Assembly: GCA_963643165.1 (NCBI GenBank)
Contig: CAVIJD010000003.1
Span: forward strand, 9,213 to 73,212
Reading direction: 5' to 3'
Source: a bacterium
GTDB lineage: Bacteria > Bacteroidota > Bacteroidia > Bacteroidales > WCHB1-69
DNA length: 64,000 bases
Part shown: positions 1 through 8,968 of the stretch, in pieces
Position numbering within the stretch: the stretch's first letter is position 1
How the letters are laid out: every line of letters begins with the position of its first letter
The notes under the pieces: generated by a model
The model's input: the letters and a program-made list of their open reading frames with translations, nothing else
Database searches by the model: none
Told to the model about the DNA's origin: nothing
Program-made: the position numbers and the translations under genes

Positions 1-1954
1 ATGCGGCGTTGGCAATGGCGGCACGTTCCTCTTTGAATACGGAGAAGGCGTCGGCCTCCAACATCTCCGACCATTTATAACTATAGTACCCTGCGGCGTA
101 TCCGCCTGCGAAGATGTGGGAGAAGGAGGTGCTCATGCAGGCCTCATCTACTGTCGGCATCACGTCCAGAGGGTCCATGATGGCCCGTTCGCTCTTCTTG
201 ATGTCTTTAATGGTGTTGGGGGCGGTGGTGTGCCACATCATGTCCAGGTATCCGAAGGAGAGTTGGCGGACAGAATAGTAGCCGGCCAGATATTTGCGCA
301 TTCTTTCCAGTTGTGCTATGTAAGGGACCGGCAACTGTTCGCCGGTCTGGTAATGTTTGGCAAAGGTGCGCAGGAAAGCGATGTCGGTGCCCCAGTTCTC
401 GTTGATCTGCGAGGGCAGCTCCACGAAGTCCCTCGGCGTGTTGGTGCCGGAGATGGACTGGTAAGGAACTTCGGAGAGCATGCCGTGCAGGGCGTGCCCG
501 AACTCGTGCAGGAAAGTGTTGACCTCATCGTACGACAACAGCGAGGGCGTGCTGTCTGAGGCTGGCGTGAAGTTCATCACAAGGCTGACTAACGGGCGGA
601 TGTCTTTGCCGTTGAGGACATACTGCTCGCGGAAAGAGGTCATCCAGGCACCGCCGCGCTTGGTCTCTCGCGGGAAGAAGTCAAGGTAGAGCACGGCCAT
701 CATCTTTTCGCCGCGCGTCACTTTATAGACTTTCACTTCGGGATGATAGACATCCACATCATGCATTTCTTCAAAACTCAAACCGTAAAGGTTGTCGGCA
801 AGGGCGAAGATGCCGCGGATTACGCTGTTGAGCTCAAAATAGGGGCGAAGTTCGTCTGTGTTGAGTTTGAAGAGCGAGTCTTTCTGCTTTTCGGCATAAT
901 AGGAGAAGTCCCAACGCTGCACTTTTCCCTCCAGTCCTTGGCTGGCGGCAAAGGCCTGCAGTTGCTCCATCTCTTCGTGCGCCTTTGGCAAGGATGCCTC
1001 CTTGAGCTGGTCTAAAAGGTTATAGACACTCTTGGTGTTCTTGGCCATTCTGTCGTGCAAGGCGTATTCCGCATAATTTTTGTAGCCGAGCAGCCGTGCA
1101 ATGTTATAACGGCAGGTGAGGATGTCTTTGATGATTTTGGTGTTGTCATATTTCCCGTCATAAGCCTTGCAGCAGGAGTGCATATACATCTTCTTCCGGA
1201 GTTCACGATTGTCAGCATGCGTCATTATGGCCGTCATGTCCGGATAGGAGAGGTCGAAAACAAAACCATCCACCCCTTTCTGGCGGGCTTTCTTGGCTGC
1301 CAGTTCGAGCTCGTTCTCGCGGAGCCCTTTCAGTTCGTCCACATTGGTCACGTGCAGATACCAGTCGTTCGTGGCGGCGAGCACGTTCTGCCCGAAAAGG
1401 AGGGTCTTTTCTGACAATTTCAAGGAGTTTTTGCGGTATTCCTCTTTTTCGATGGCGTTAAGGTTAGCTCCGTGGTTGACAAACGCATCGTAGGTCTTGC
1501 TGAGGAGCATTTTCTCGGGTCCGTTCAGTCTGTTGTACTCGTTGTCATAAACATGTTTGACTCTGGCAAACAGTTCCTCGTTGAGATAGACGGAGTTGGA
1601 ATACTCCGTAAGTTCGGGCTGTACCTTTAAGGCAATCGCTTGCATCTCTGCTGTGCCGTCACACTCCAGGATGTTGAAGAAGAGGTTGCTTGTGCGGGTG
1701 AGCAGTTCCCCCGCTCTGTCAAGGGCAAGTACCGTATTCTCGAAAGTAGGCTTTGCCTTGTTCCCGACGATTCTGTCGATGTCTTTGTGCGCCAGTTTTA
1801 TGGCTTCCGTGAAGGCGGGAAGGTAATGTTCGGGCTTGATTTTGCTGAACGGCGGGGTGTTGTAAGGGGTCTGCCAGGTTGCGATCAGCGGGTTGTCACT
1901 TGCGGCAAGGTCCGACTGTGCTTCCACTATTTTCTGTGCTTGAGTCTGCATCAT
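1..1954 (-). CDS. dcp: M3-family zinc peptidyl-dipeptidase (Dcp-like); C-terminus runs off the window
   Basis: Absent from the ORF track because there is no in-window stop. My minus-strand translation from ATGATG (1954-1949) gives MMQTQAQKIVEAQSDLAASDNPLIATWQTPYNTPPFSKIKPEHYLPAF... An in-frame HEFGH zinc motif is encoded at 494-508 (rc CACGAGTTCGGGCAC). The listed + ORFs at 116-1966 are antisense artefacts. Confidence 0.85.
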   Translation of the reverse strand, partial: MMQTQAQKIVEAQSDLAASDNPLIATWQTPYNTPPFSKIKPEHYLPAFTEAIKLAHKDIDRIVGNKAKPTFENTVLALDRAGELLTRTSNLFFNILECDGTAEMQAIALKVQPELTEYSNSVYLNEELFARVKHVYDNEYNRLNGPEKMLLSKTYDAFVNHGANLNAIEKEEYRKNSLKLSEKTLLFGQNVLAATNDWYLHVTNVDELKGLRENELELAAKKARQKGVDGFVFDLSYPDMTAIMTHADNRELRKKMYMHSCCKAYDGKYDNTKIIKDILTCRYNIARLLGYKNYAEYALHDRMAKNTKSVYNLLDQLKEASLPKAHEEMEQLQAFAASQGLEGKVQRWDFSYYAEKQKDSLFKLNTDELRPYFELNSVIRGIFALADNLYGLSFEEMHDVDVYHPEVKVYKVTRGEKMMAVLYLDFFPRETKRGGAWMTSFREQYVLNGKDIRPLVSLVMNFTPASDSTPSLLSYDEVNTFLHEFGHALHGMLSEVPYQSISGTNTPRDFVELPSQINENWGTDIAFLRTFAKHYQTGEQLPVPYIAQLERMRKYLAGYYSVRQLSFGYLDMMWHTTAPNTIKDIKKSERAIMDPLDVMPTVDEACMSTSFSHIFAGGYAAGYYSYKWSEMLEADAFSVFKEERAAIANAA

Positions 1955-2006
1955 TGTTATGCTTAATAATAATATTGTAAGGAAATGTTTTTTCATAAGA
2001 AATGTT

Positions 2007-2489
2007 TTAATCGTTTTTGAGAATGGTGACCACGGCGGCGGCGGCGATGCCTTCACCCGCTCCTGTGAAGCCCATCTGTTCGTTGGTCTTGGCCTTGACG
2101 GAGATGTTTGCAGGGTCGGTCTGCAGCAGCGGCGCGAGCCGTTCGGTGATGCGGTCAATGTAGGGCTTCATCTTTGGCTGTTCTGCCACAATGACGCAGT
2201 CGAGGTTGTTGACGCGCCAGTTGCGTTCGGTCAGCAGTTTTACCACCTCAGAGAGCAGGATGGCGCTGTCCGCATTCTTGAAGCGGGCGTCGTTGTCCGG
2301 AAAATGGGTTCCGATGTCCTTGAGGGCGGCGGCGCCGAGCAACGCGTCGCAGATGGCATGTATCAACACGTCGCCGTCAGAATGGGCTTTCAGCCCTGAC
2401 TCGAAAGGAATGCGAATGCCCCCAATGACCAAAGGCCGTTCGGGGGCAAAGCGGTGAGAGTCGTAACCAATGCCTACTCTGAAATCCAT
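2007..2489 (-). CDS. ispF: 2-C-methyl-D-erythritol 2,4-cyclodiphosphate synthase
   Basis: 160-aa ORF. GIGYDSHRF...HSDGDVLIHAICDALLGA...DIGTHFP is the classic IspF metal and substrate motif set, and the length is typical. Confidence 0.92.
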   Translation of the reverse strand: MDFRVGIGYDSHRFAPERPLVIGGIRIPFESGLKAHSDGDVLIHAICDALLGAAALKDIGTHFPDNDARFKNADSAILLSEVVKLLTERNWRVNNLDCVIVAEQPKMKPYIDRITERLAPLLQTDPANISVKAKTNEQMGFTGAGEGIAAAAVVTILKND

Positions 2490-2496
2490 ATTTCCG

Positions 2497-3741
2497 TTAT
2501 CTTAATTTACCCTGGTTTTTGATTTCGTTTTTGTCAAATGAGGCGAAATTGAAAGAGAGGGAGAAACGGAGCGTGTTGGCCAACGGGTGTTTCTGTCCGT
2601 TGGTGGTGAAGAGGTAGGCGACATCGATGTTGAAGATGTTGTACTTGATGCCGATGCCGACGGTCATGAATTGACGGTTGCCCTTGTATTGGCTTTCGTG
2701 AAAATAGCCGGCCCTGACGAAAAACAGGTCGCGGTAGCTGTATTCTGCCCCGAGAGCCCATGCCACCTCGGAGAGTTCCTCCTTGAAACCGCCGGGAGCA
2801 TCGTAGAATGACTGGAAGATGCCCTGCGGCACCGACACGTCAGGGTTGCGTCCGGAGAGGATGACGGGGTTGTTGTTCTCGTCATATTCGGTGCGCCCGA
2901 GAGAGTCGGTTTTGTAAACGGGGTTCGTGGGCACGAGGAGCTTGTTGATCTCGCCCGTGATGGCTAATTTGTTGTAAGCGTCGAAGTCCATCTCGTATCC
3001 GATGCCCAGCCTGAGGTTCGTGGGCAGGAAGTCGCGGCGGAGCGTTCCGGACGAGTATGACATTTTGTTTCCGATGTTGGAGATGTTTAAGCCTGCACGA
3101 AGAGTGCTGTTTTCCAGACCTTTGGCTGCAAAGTCCTGCTCGTAGAAGAACGAGAGGTCGGCGGCGCCGGCAAGACCTGCTTTGGTCTCTTCGCCCGACA
3201 CGTATTGGTTGGCGGTCAGGTTGGAGTAGATGAAGCGCGGCGTGATGGCTATGGAGAGTTGGTCGATGAGTTTGCGCGAGTAGGTGAGGTCAATGGAGAA
3301 CTCGTTGGGTTTTTGGTCGCTCATTTTATTGCCTTGCTCATCAACGAACTCGATTTCGCCCAGGGAGAAATAACGGAGCGAGAGTGCCACAGCATCCATG
3401 TCTGTAATCCGATAGTAAGTGCTGAGGTAGAGCAGGTTGATGTCACTGACGAGGTTATGGAGCCACGGGCTGTAGGAGAGTCCTATGCCGAACATGTCGT
3501 TGTTGAAGACAGTCTTGGCGGGGTTGTAGGCCACGGAGTTCACGTCAGCAGAGGTGGCGCAGCCCATGTCTGCCAGACCGCCGGCACGGGAGTCGGGTGC
3601 AATCTGCAGGAATGGCACAGCTGTTGTGATGGTGTTCAGTTCTCTTCCGCTCAAAAGCCCGGGGTTGATGCTTTGGGCGTAAACGCTGCCGGCCAGCGAC
3701 AGCATCATTGTCGAAATCAGAACGGTTAGTGTTTTTTTCAT
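2497..3741 (-). CDS. porV: T9SS outer-membrane protein PorV (LptO)
   Basis: ORF 2497..3813. The likely start is the ATG at 3741 (MKKTLTVLISTMMLSLAGSVYAQ signal peptide). The N-terminal ITTAVPFLQIAPDSRAGGLADMG motif and beta-barrel-like remainder fit PorV. It lies directly downstream of porU, as in P. gingivalis (PG0026/PG0027) and F. johnsoniae. Confidence 0.8.
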   Translation of the reverse strand: MKKTLTVLISTMMLSLAGSVYAQSINPGLLSGRELNTITTAVPFLQIAPDSRAGGLADMGCATSADVNSVAYNPAKTVFNNDMFGIGLSYSPWLHNLVSDINLLYLSTYYRITDMDAVALSLRYFSLGEIEFVDEQGNKMSDQKPNEFSIDLTYSRKLIDQLSIAITPRFIYSNLTANQYVSGEETKAGLAGAADLSFFYEQDFAAKGLENSTLRAGLNISNIGNKMSYSSGTLRRDFLPTNLRLGIGYEMDFDAYNKLAITGEINKLLVPTNPVYKTDSLGRTEYDENNNPVILSGRNPDVSVPQGIFQSFYDAPGGFKEELSEVAWALGAEYSYRDLFFVRAGYFHESQYKGNRQFMTVGIGIKYNIFNIDVAYLFTTNGQKHPLANTLRFSLSFNFASFDKNEIKNQGKLR

Positions 3742-3828
3742 TGTTCTTTTGTTTTTATTATTAATATTCTTCATCTTTTTTGTTAGTCTGCACTGAAAAA
3801 TGACTAACGACAATATGGGAATATTATT

Positions 3829-6800
3829 TTACAATATCACCAGTTTTTCTATTTTTTCTGCAATTTCGCCGTTTTGGTTGCGAACGCGAAGCCGGTACAT
3901 GTAAACGCCGCGTCCTATTTTGTCGCCATAGTCGTCAAGTCCGTCCCACGGGATTCCGGCGCACCTGTTCCCTTCGATAAGTTGCGTTGTGTTAATGGTT
4001 TTCAGCAATTTGCCCGAGATGGTGTAAATCTGAACCTGTATGTCAAATTCGCCGCCGTTCTGGTTCTGCTCGAAGAAGAACGCCGTTCGGGTAGTGAAGG
4101 GGTTGGGGTAGTTGAGCACATGGCTGAGTGTCAGCGTTTCGTCAGACACGACTTCAAAGGAGAGTTCCGCCTCTGTGGGGTTGTTGTTGATGTCCCAGGC
4201 ACGCACCATGATTTTGTGCTTGCCTACGGAGATGTCGCTGAGACTATAGCGTACCGTGCCGACATTGAAGCTGTCTTTTTCGGTCTGGTAATAGTCGTTG
4301 AGCACGATTTGAGATTCGGAGGCATCGTCTAAGATGGCGACAAGGTCGTGCCCGATGCCGTTGCCTGTGGTGTTGATGCCGTAGTTGTCCTTTATCTTCG
4401 CTATCAAGACCGGATCTTGGTTGGTGATGCCGCCCTCCACGAAGTTCTCGTCGTTGAGGAAGAGTTCCACTTCCGGGCCTTTGTCGTCGGCCACGCCGGC
4501 AGAATCGACACCACCGATGATGAAGCCGGTGAAGGCGCCGGCGGCATCATAACGGTCTGTGCGTGCATAATAACTCATCTTCCCTTGCCCGAATTTGTAG
4601 TCGATGTCTTTGGGAACATAAAACGAGAAGGTGTAATGTCCGTTGCTGACGGTGCAGTTTCCCTTGAAGAGGATGCTTTTCTGGCTTTCAAAGTCAAAAG
4701 GCTGGCTGGTGGGGTCATTTGCCAAGGTGGTGACGGTCACTTTCTTGTCATATACCGACGGGAAGAGGGTGCCGTTGAAATTGTCGATGGTTTGCCCCAA
4801 GTCGTCAACCACACGTCCGCTGACGGTCACACGGGAGAGAGCCCTGACGGTGTCTTGCCGGTCGCCGACAGGCTGCCGGTTGACGGAGTCGGTCACGATC
4901 CGGTAGGTGGGGATGGCCAACGGCATGGAGGGGTCGCCCATCAGCACAAACATGGCCAGCGAGGTTGATGACCCTCCGTAGTTGTTCTTTCCGGCAATTT
5001 CAATCTCACCTATGGTCGGGTATCTGCCTTTTTCCGATTTGTCGAACATGGCGCCGAAGATGATGCGTCCGAACGAGTTGTTGGGCGATGACCAGGCTTC
5101 GCGCGAGGCCGTGATGATGGCACTGACGCCGCCGTTGCTGTTGAAGAATGCCAGTTCTGCGGGCGATACCGCAGGCCGGTCATAGAACCCGAAGGTACAC
5201 GAAAGGGTCAGCATTGCCGGCATGTTGTACTTGTTGGCCCACTTGTTGATGTCGGAGTTCTCCAACACGCGCTCGGCAGTCCAACCGTCTTTTCCGCTGT
5301 GCCCGATGTAGGTGTAGAACAGACAGCCGCGGTTCATACGGTTGTTGATGGCCGTGGTGACGTCAGGATAGCGTTGCCCGCCGGCATTCGACACCTGCGA
5401 GTAGGCGTCCAGATAGATTTTGTCAAAGTTGATGTTGCTGTTCTTGGCCTCTACGATCTTGGTGAAGTTGTCGGCGTTGCTGATGAAGTCGTTGTAGTCT
5501 TCGTCGTCGGCCACGAAAGCCATTACGTTTCGCCAGTCGCCGAAATTGGAGACAGACGTGCTGTTTTCAGAAACCAGATTGCGCCGTTCTGTGTAGCGTA
5601 TGCTTTTATCGACCGCTGTGGTGGCCTGCGCCAATGTGGAGCACGGGAAACGCCCTATGGCAATGTCATACAGCCCCGTTGCATTTGCGCCCTCTTCGTC
5701 ATCGAGCAGCCCGAAGGTGTCGTCGTTGGCATAGAAGCTGTATTCTGAGATGATGTTGCCCGACGCCGCATATTGGTAGTTGGGCACAAAGATTTCCGTG
5801 CCGCTCACCCGCCCCCGGTAGTCGTAGCAGGGACGCCCTACCAGCAGGAGGTATTTGGGCGACTGTCCCGAGGTTTTGTCGTAAATCATTTTCATATAGT
5901 CGCGGATGGCGATGGGGTCTTGCGATCCGCCGGAGAATTCGTTGTAAACCTGCTGTATGGTTGCCACCTTTACTTTGAGGCCGTCGTTCTGCTGCCGGAA
6001 GTTGGCCAGCCGGTTGGCCTGCGACAGAAAGTCGGGATGGGTCACGATGACCATATCGACGGCGCCGGTGGCGTGCAGGTTCTGGTTCTCGACGGCGCCG
6101 CCGCGTGTGACGGTCAGATACTGCGTGCCGTCGAAGGCTACGAAACGGCGCAGCACGTCCGTGTTTGCCTTAAAGGAGCCTGTGCCGCTGCCCAACGCCA
6201 GTTTGCAGCGCACCGCTTCCGAGGGGTCCGTAACGTCCCATACTTGCGTGCTCTGGTCTGCGCCGCCGATGTTGAACTGCGTGACACTGCCCTCACGCAC
6301 GGTGGCGGGGTTGCAGAAAGAAAACTGGGCGGCGTTCATGGTCAGCGAACAGGGCATCTCTACCTCTATCCAGTTGAGGTAGGCCGAGGAACTGGTCGAG
6401 GGCTTGCTGTAGGTCAACGTTACCGAAATCGCGCTCCCGTTGGGGGTGAAGTTGAGGTCCTGACGGTTCAGGGTCGCCATGGAGCCGGTTTGAAGCCCTC
6501 TGACGCTGACGTTGCCTATGGCGTTGCCGTTAACGCTGACCCTCATGGTAGAGTAACTGTTGGAAACGCCCGCCACTGCCACGGACAAGCGCCCCTGCGC
6601 AAGGCTCTGGCCGGGAGCCGTGAAAGTGTAAGACCGCTCGGTTGTGATGTCGAACAGGTCGCCGAACCAGTCTTTCCCGCTCTCCCCGAAATTGTAGAGG
6701 TCGTCTTCGTGAAAGTCGAAATAGGTGTATTCGCTCACCGAGGCGGTGGCGGAGAGGGCAGAATTGTCAACTGTGGCGATGCGTTTCTTCGCTCCTACGC

Positions 6801-7668
6801 CGGAGGAGGCCGTCACAAAGTAGCAGGAAACGTCGGCATAGATGTTGGTGGCATGGGTGAACCGTTTGTCGGAAGTGTCGTATTCTATGGTGTGTGGCGA
6901 CTCGCCGTAGAAGATGAAATAGTCGCCTTCGCCGAAGATGCCGTCGTTGTTGTCATACAGCATGATGGGGAGTTCGCGGAGGTCGTCGGTCCGGGGCTTG
7001 GCATTGGCTTCGGGCAGCATCTTGCCGCCGTTGCCGAAGATAGCGATCCGGTCTGAATATATCGGTGTGGGCATGCCCATGGCGACAAGGTCTTCGTAGG
7101 TCACTTTGTAGATGCCTGTTTCCGCCAACGTGAAGCTGAACCATTGTCCCTGCGAGAGCACGGAGCGCGCGGCATAGTTGCGGCTGCCTTTGGGCAAGGA
7201 GGCAACGTGCCCTGTGATCTCAAGGACCAACGAGGTGACGCGGCGGTACTGCCCGGCAGCGGTGCGCACTATCGGCACAAACGACAACACGGCATAGTTC
7301 TTGCCACGTTCGCGCGCCGGTGCCACCGACACTTTGACCTGCGCCGGCAAGTCGTAGCCCTCAAGTAGGCGGACATCCTGTTCGCTGACCGCCTCCGTCT
7401 GCACATCCGACAACTTAACATCGTAGCCGGAACGGAAACCGTCGACCGGAATCCGTTCATAATAGGAGGGTAACGACACTTGCGGCTGTAGGTAAACCGC
7501 CCCGTCAAAATGTAGGAAATCCGTTTCCTTGTCCTCGCCGAAAGTGAACGACACCTTGTCTGTCCAAGAAATTGAAATGTTTTTTGAAATTTTTTGTGCC
7601 TGAATATCAGTCAATTGAATAAAAAATAGGCACAGAAGGCAGAAGAATGCCCAAGATTTGCTTTTCAT
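3829..7668 (-). CDS. porU: T9SS C-terminal signal peptidase / sortase PorU (C25-like)
   Basis: ORF 3829..7839. The probable start is the ATG at 7668 (MKSKSWAFFCLLCLFFIQLTDIQAQ signal peptide). It is about 1280 aa with a gingipain-like middle region and a retained CTD-like C-terminus (LNYPNPFTTRTAFFFE...GVYMYRLRV). Synteny with porV supports the call. Confidence 0.8.
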   Translation of the reverse strand: MKSKSWAFFCLLCLFFIQLTDIQAQKISKNISISWTDKVSFTFGEDKETDFLHFDGAVYLQPQVSLPSYYERIPVDGFRSGYDVKLSDVQTEAVSEQDVRLLEGYDLPAQVKVSVAPARERGKNYAVLSFVPIVRTAAGQYRRVTSLVLEITGHVASLPKGSRNYAARSVLSQGQWFSFTLAETGIYKVTYEDLVAMGMPTPIYSDRIAIFGNGGKMLPEANAKPRTDDLRELPIMLYDNNDGIFGEGDYFIFYGESPHTIEYDTSDKRFTHATNIYADVSCYFVTASSGVGAKKRIATVDNSALSATASVSEYTYFDFHEDDLYNFGESGKDWFGDLFDITTERSYTFTAPGQSLAQGRLSVAVAGVSNSYSTMRVSVNGNAIGNVSVRGLQTGSMATLNRQDLNFTPNGSAISVTLTYSKPSTSSSAYLNWIEVEMPCSLTMNAAQFSFCNPATVREGSVTQFNIGGADQSTQVWDVTDPSEAVRCKLALGSGTGSFKANTDVLRRFVAFDGTQYLTVTRGGAVENQNLHATGAVDMVIVTHPDFLSQANRLANFRQQNDGLKVKVATIQQVYNEFSGGSQDPIAIRDYMKMIYDKTSGQSPKYLLLVGRPCYDYRGRVSGTEIFVPNYQYAASGNIISEYSFYANDDTFGLLDDEEGANATGLYDIAIGRFPCSTLAQATTAVDKSIRYTERRNLVSENSTSVSNFGDWRNVMAFVADDEDYNDFISNADNFTKIVEAKNSNINFDKIYLDAYSQVSNAGGQRYPDVTTAINNRMNRGCLFYTYIGHSGKDGWTAERVLENSDINKWANKYNMPAMLTLSCTFGFYDRPAVSPAELAFFNSNGGVSAIITASREAWSSPNNSFGRIIFGAMFDKSEKGRYPTIGEIEIAGKNNYGGSSTSLAMFVLMGDPSMPLAIPTYRIVTDSVNRQPVGDRQDTVRALSRVTVSGRVVDDLGQTIDNFNGTLFPSVYDKKVTVTTLANDPTSQPFDFESQKSILFKGNCTVSNGHYTFSFYVPKDIDYKFGQGKMSYYARTDRYDAAGAFTGFIIGGVDSAGVADDKGPEVELFLNDENFVEGGITNQDPVLIAKIKDNYGINTTGNGIGHDLVAILDDASESQIVLNDYYQTEKDSFNVGTVRYSLSDISVGKHKIMVRAWDINNNPTEAELSFEVVSDETLTLSHVLNYPNPFTTRTAFFFEQNQNGGEFDIQVQIYTISGKLLKTINTTQLIEGNRCAGIPWDGLDDYGDKIGRGVYMYRLRVRNQNGEIAEKIEKLVIL

Positions 7669-7787
7669 TTGTCGTTTTACAGATAGATGCATAACACTTG
7701 CGATAACGGAAAAGTGCTGTAAATATTGCAGATATGCAAGGAAAGAAAGAGATGGAAAAAGAAGTGTGGAACAATGAAATAATTTTG

Positions 7788-7795
7788 TATTTTTG
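7788..7795 (+). promoter_or_regulatory. Bacteroidetes -7 promoter box (TATTTTTG) for the porP/sprF-like gene
   Basis: Exact match to TAnnTTTG, 28 nt upstream of the ATG at 7823. Confidence 0.5.
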
Positions 7796-7822
7796 CCCGC
7801 TAATATACCAAATATAGTTACT

Positions 7823-8893
7823 ATGTATAAAAGAATCATAATCTTACTGGCAGCGATTACGGCATTTGCCGTTGTGCGAATTGACGCACAGGATGCAATG
7901 TTCTCCCAATTCTATGCCAATCCGCTCTATTTGAATCCTGCAATGGCGGGGACGAATGTCTGTCCCAGGGTGGCGTTGAATTTCCGCGACCAATGGCCGA
8001 AGCTGAAAGGTAACTATATCACTTATACGGGGTCGTTTGACGAGCATTTCGACAAGATTGCCGGCGGCGTAGGCATCATTCTCATGCACGACCACGCCGG
8101 AGCCAACGGAGGATACATCAACACTTCTACAATCAGCCCGATGTACTCTTTCAAGGCCCAGATCAGCAAGAAGTTCGCCTTGAGACTCGCCCTGCAACTC
8201 GACATTCAGGACAAGTACCTGAATTGGGACAACCTCGTGTTCGGCGACCAGATAGACTCCCGCTACGGATATGTCTATCAGACGCAGGAGACCCGCCCGG
8301 GCAGCCTGCACCGCTGGACGGCCGGACTCTCCGCCGGATTGCTGGGTTATACGCCCCACGTCTATTTTGGTATGGCAGTTCATCACATCACGACTTTCGC
8401 CCTCGACGGACAAAACACCAGTTACCTGACGGAAAGTTATGCTGACATGTACGATATGATGCCCGTGAAATGGACGGCACATGTCGGTGCCAACTTCGAT
8501 GTTAGACGCAAAAGCAAACGGGAAACATCGTTCGGCGATATCTCGTTAAGCCCCAATTTCGTATATCAACACCAGAGATACCTCAACTATTTCAACCTCG
8601 GACTTTATGCCAACTTCTATCCTTTCACGGTGGGCGTGTGGTACCGTTTCGTTCCGGCATACCAAGTCAAGGACAGCACCAATGCCGTTGTCGGCAAGAT
8701 CAACAATTCCGATGCACTGGTGTTTATGGCAGGCCTCGAGTATAAACTGGTGAAATTCGGCATCTCCTACGATATCACGTTGGGACAATTGAAGAACGAC
8801 ACGGGCGGCGCCATCGAGGCTTCGCTGCAGTTCCTCTTGCCGTGCCCCGAGAAGCACAAGGCTATCAAGGACCTCAAGTGCCCCTCATTCTAA
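7823..8893 (+). CDS. T9SS membrane protein, PorP/SprF family
   Basis: ORF 7793..8893. The start is at MYKRIIILLAAITAFAVVRIDAQ. DAMFSQFYANPLYLNPAMAG is the hallmark N-terminus of PorP/SprF-family beta-barrels. The gene is divergent from porU. Confidence 0.8.
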   Translation: MYKRIIILLAAITAFAVVRIDAQDAMFSQFYANPLYLNPAMAGTNVCPRVALNFRDQWPKLKGNYITYTGSFDEHFDKIAGGVGIILMHDHAGANGGYINTSTISPMYSFKAQISKKFALRLALQLDIQDKYLNWDNLVFGDQIDSRYGYVYQTQETRPGSLHRWTAGLSAGLLGYTPHVYFGMAVHHITTFALDGQNTSYLTESYADMYDMMPVKWTAHVGANFDVRRKSKRETSFGDISLSPNFVYQHQRYLNYFNLGLYANFYPFTVGVWYRFVPAYQVKDSTNAVVGKINNSDALVFMAGLEYKLVKFGISYDITLGQLKNDTGGAIEASLQFLLPCPEKHKAIKDLKCPSF

Positions 8894-8968
8894 ACAAAGA
8901 CTATATAATATAATTGTAACATTTACGTTCATCATATCAATCGAGAATAGAACTAATATAACAAGAAC

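Noticed and set aside
5773-7056. 427-aa + strand ORF (and neighbours 3874-5748) inside porU
   Set aside because: It is antisense to a well-supported 1280-aa CDS. The composition is Gly/Val/Arg/Ala-rich, typical of high-GC antisense frames. It has no signal, motif or promoter box.
7669-7839. N-terminal extensions in the ORF track (porU to 7839; likewise porV to 3813, LptE-like to 52969, sigma-54 activator to 54203, GT-C from 46193, rpmB to 30823)
   Set aside because: Internal ATGs give proper signal peptides or conserved N-termini. The extensions overlap neighbouring genes or promoter boxes.
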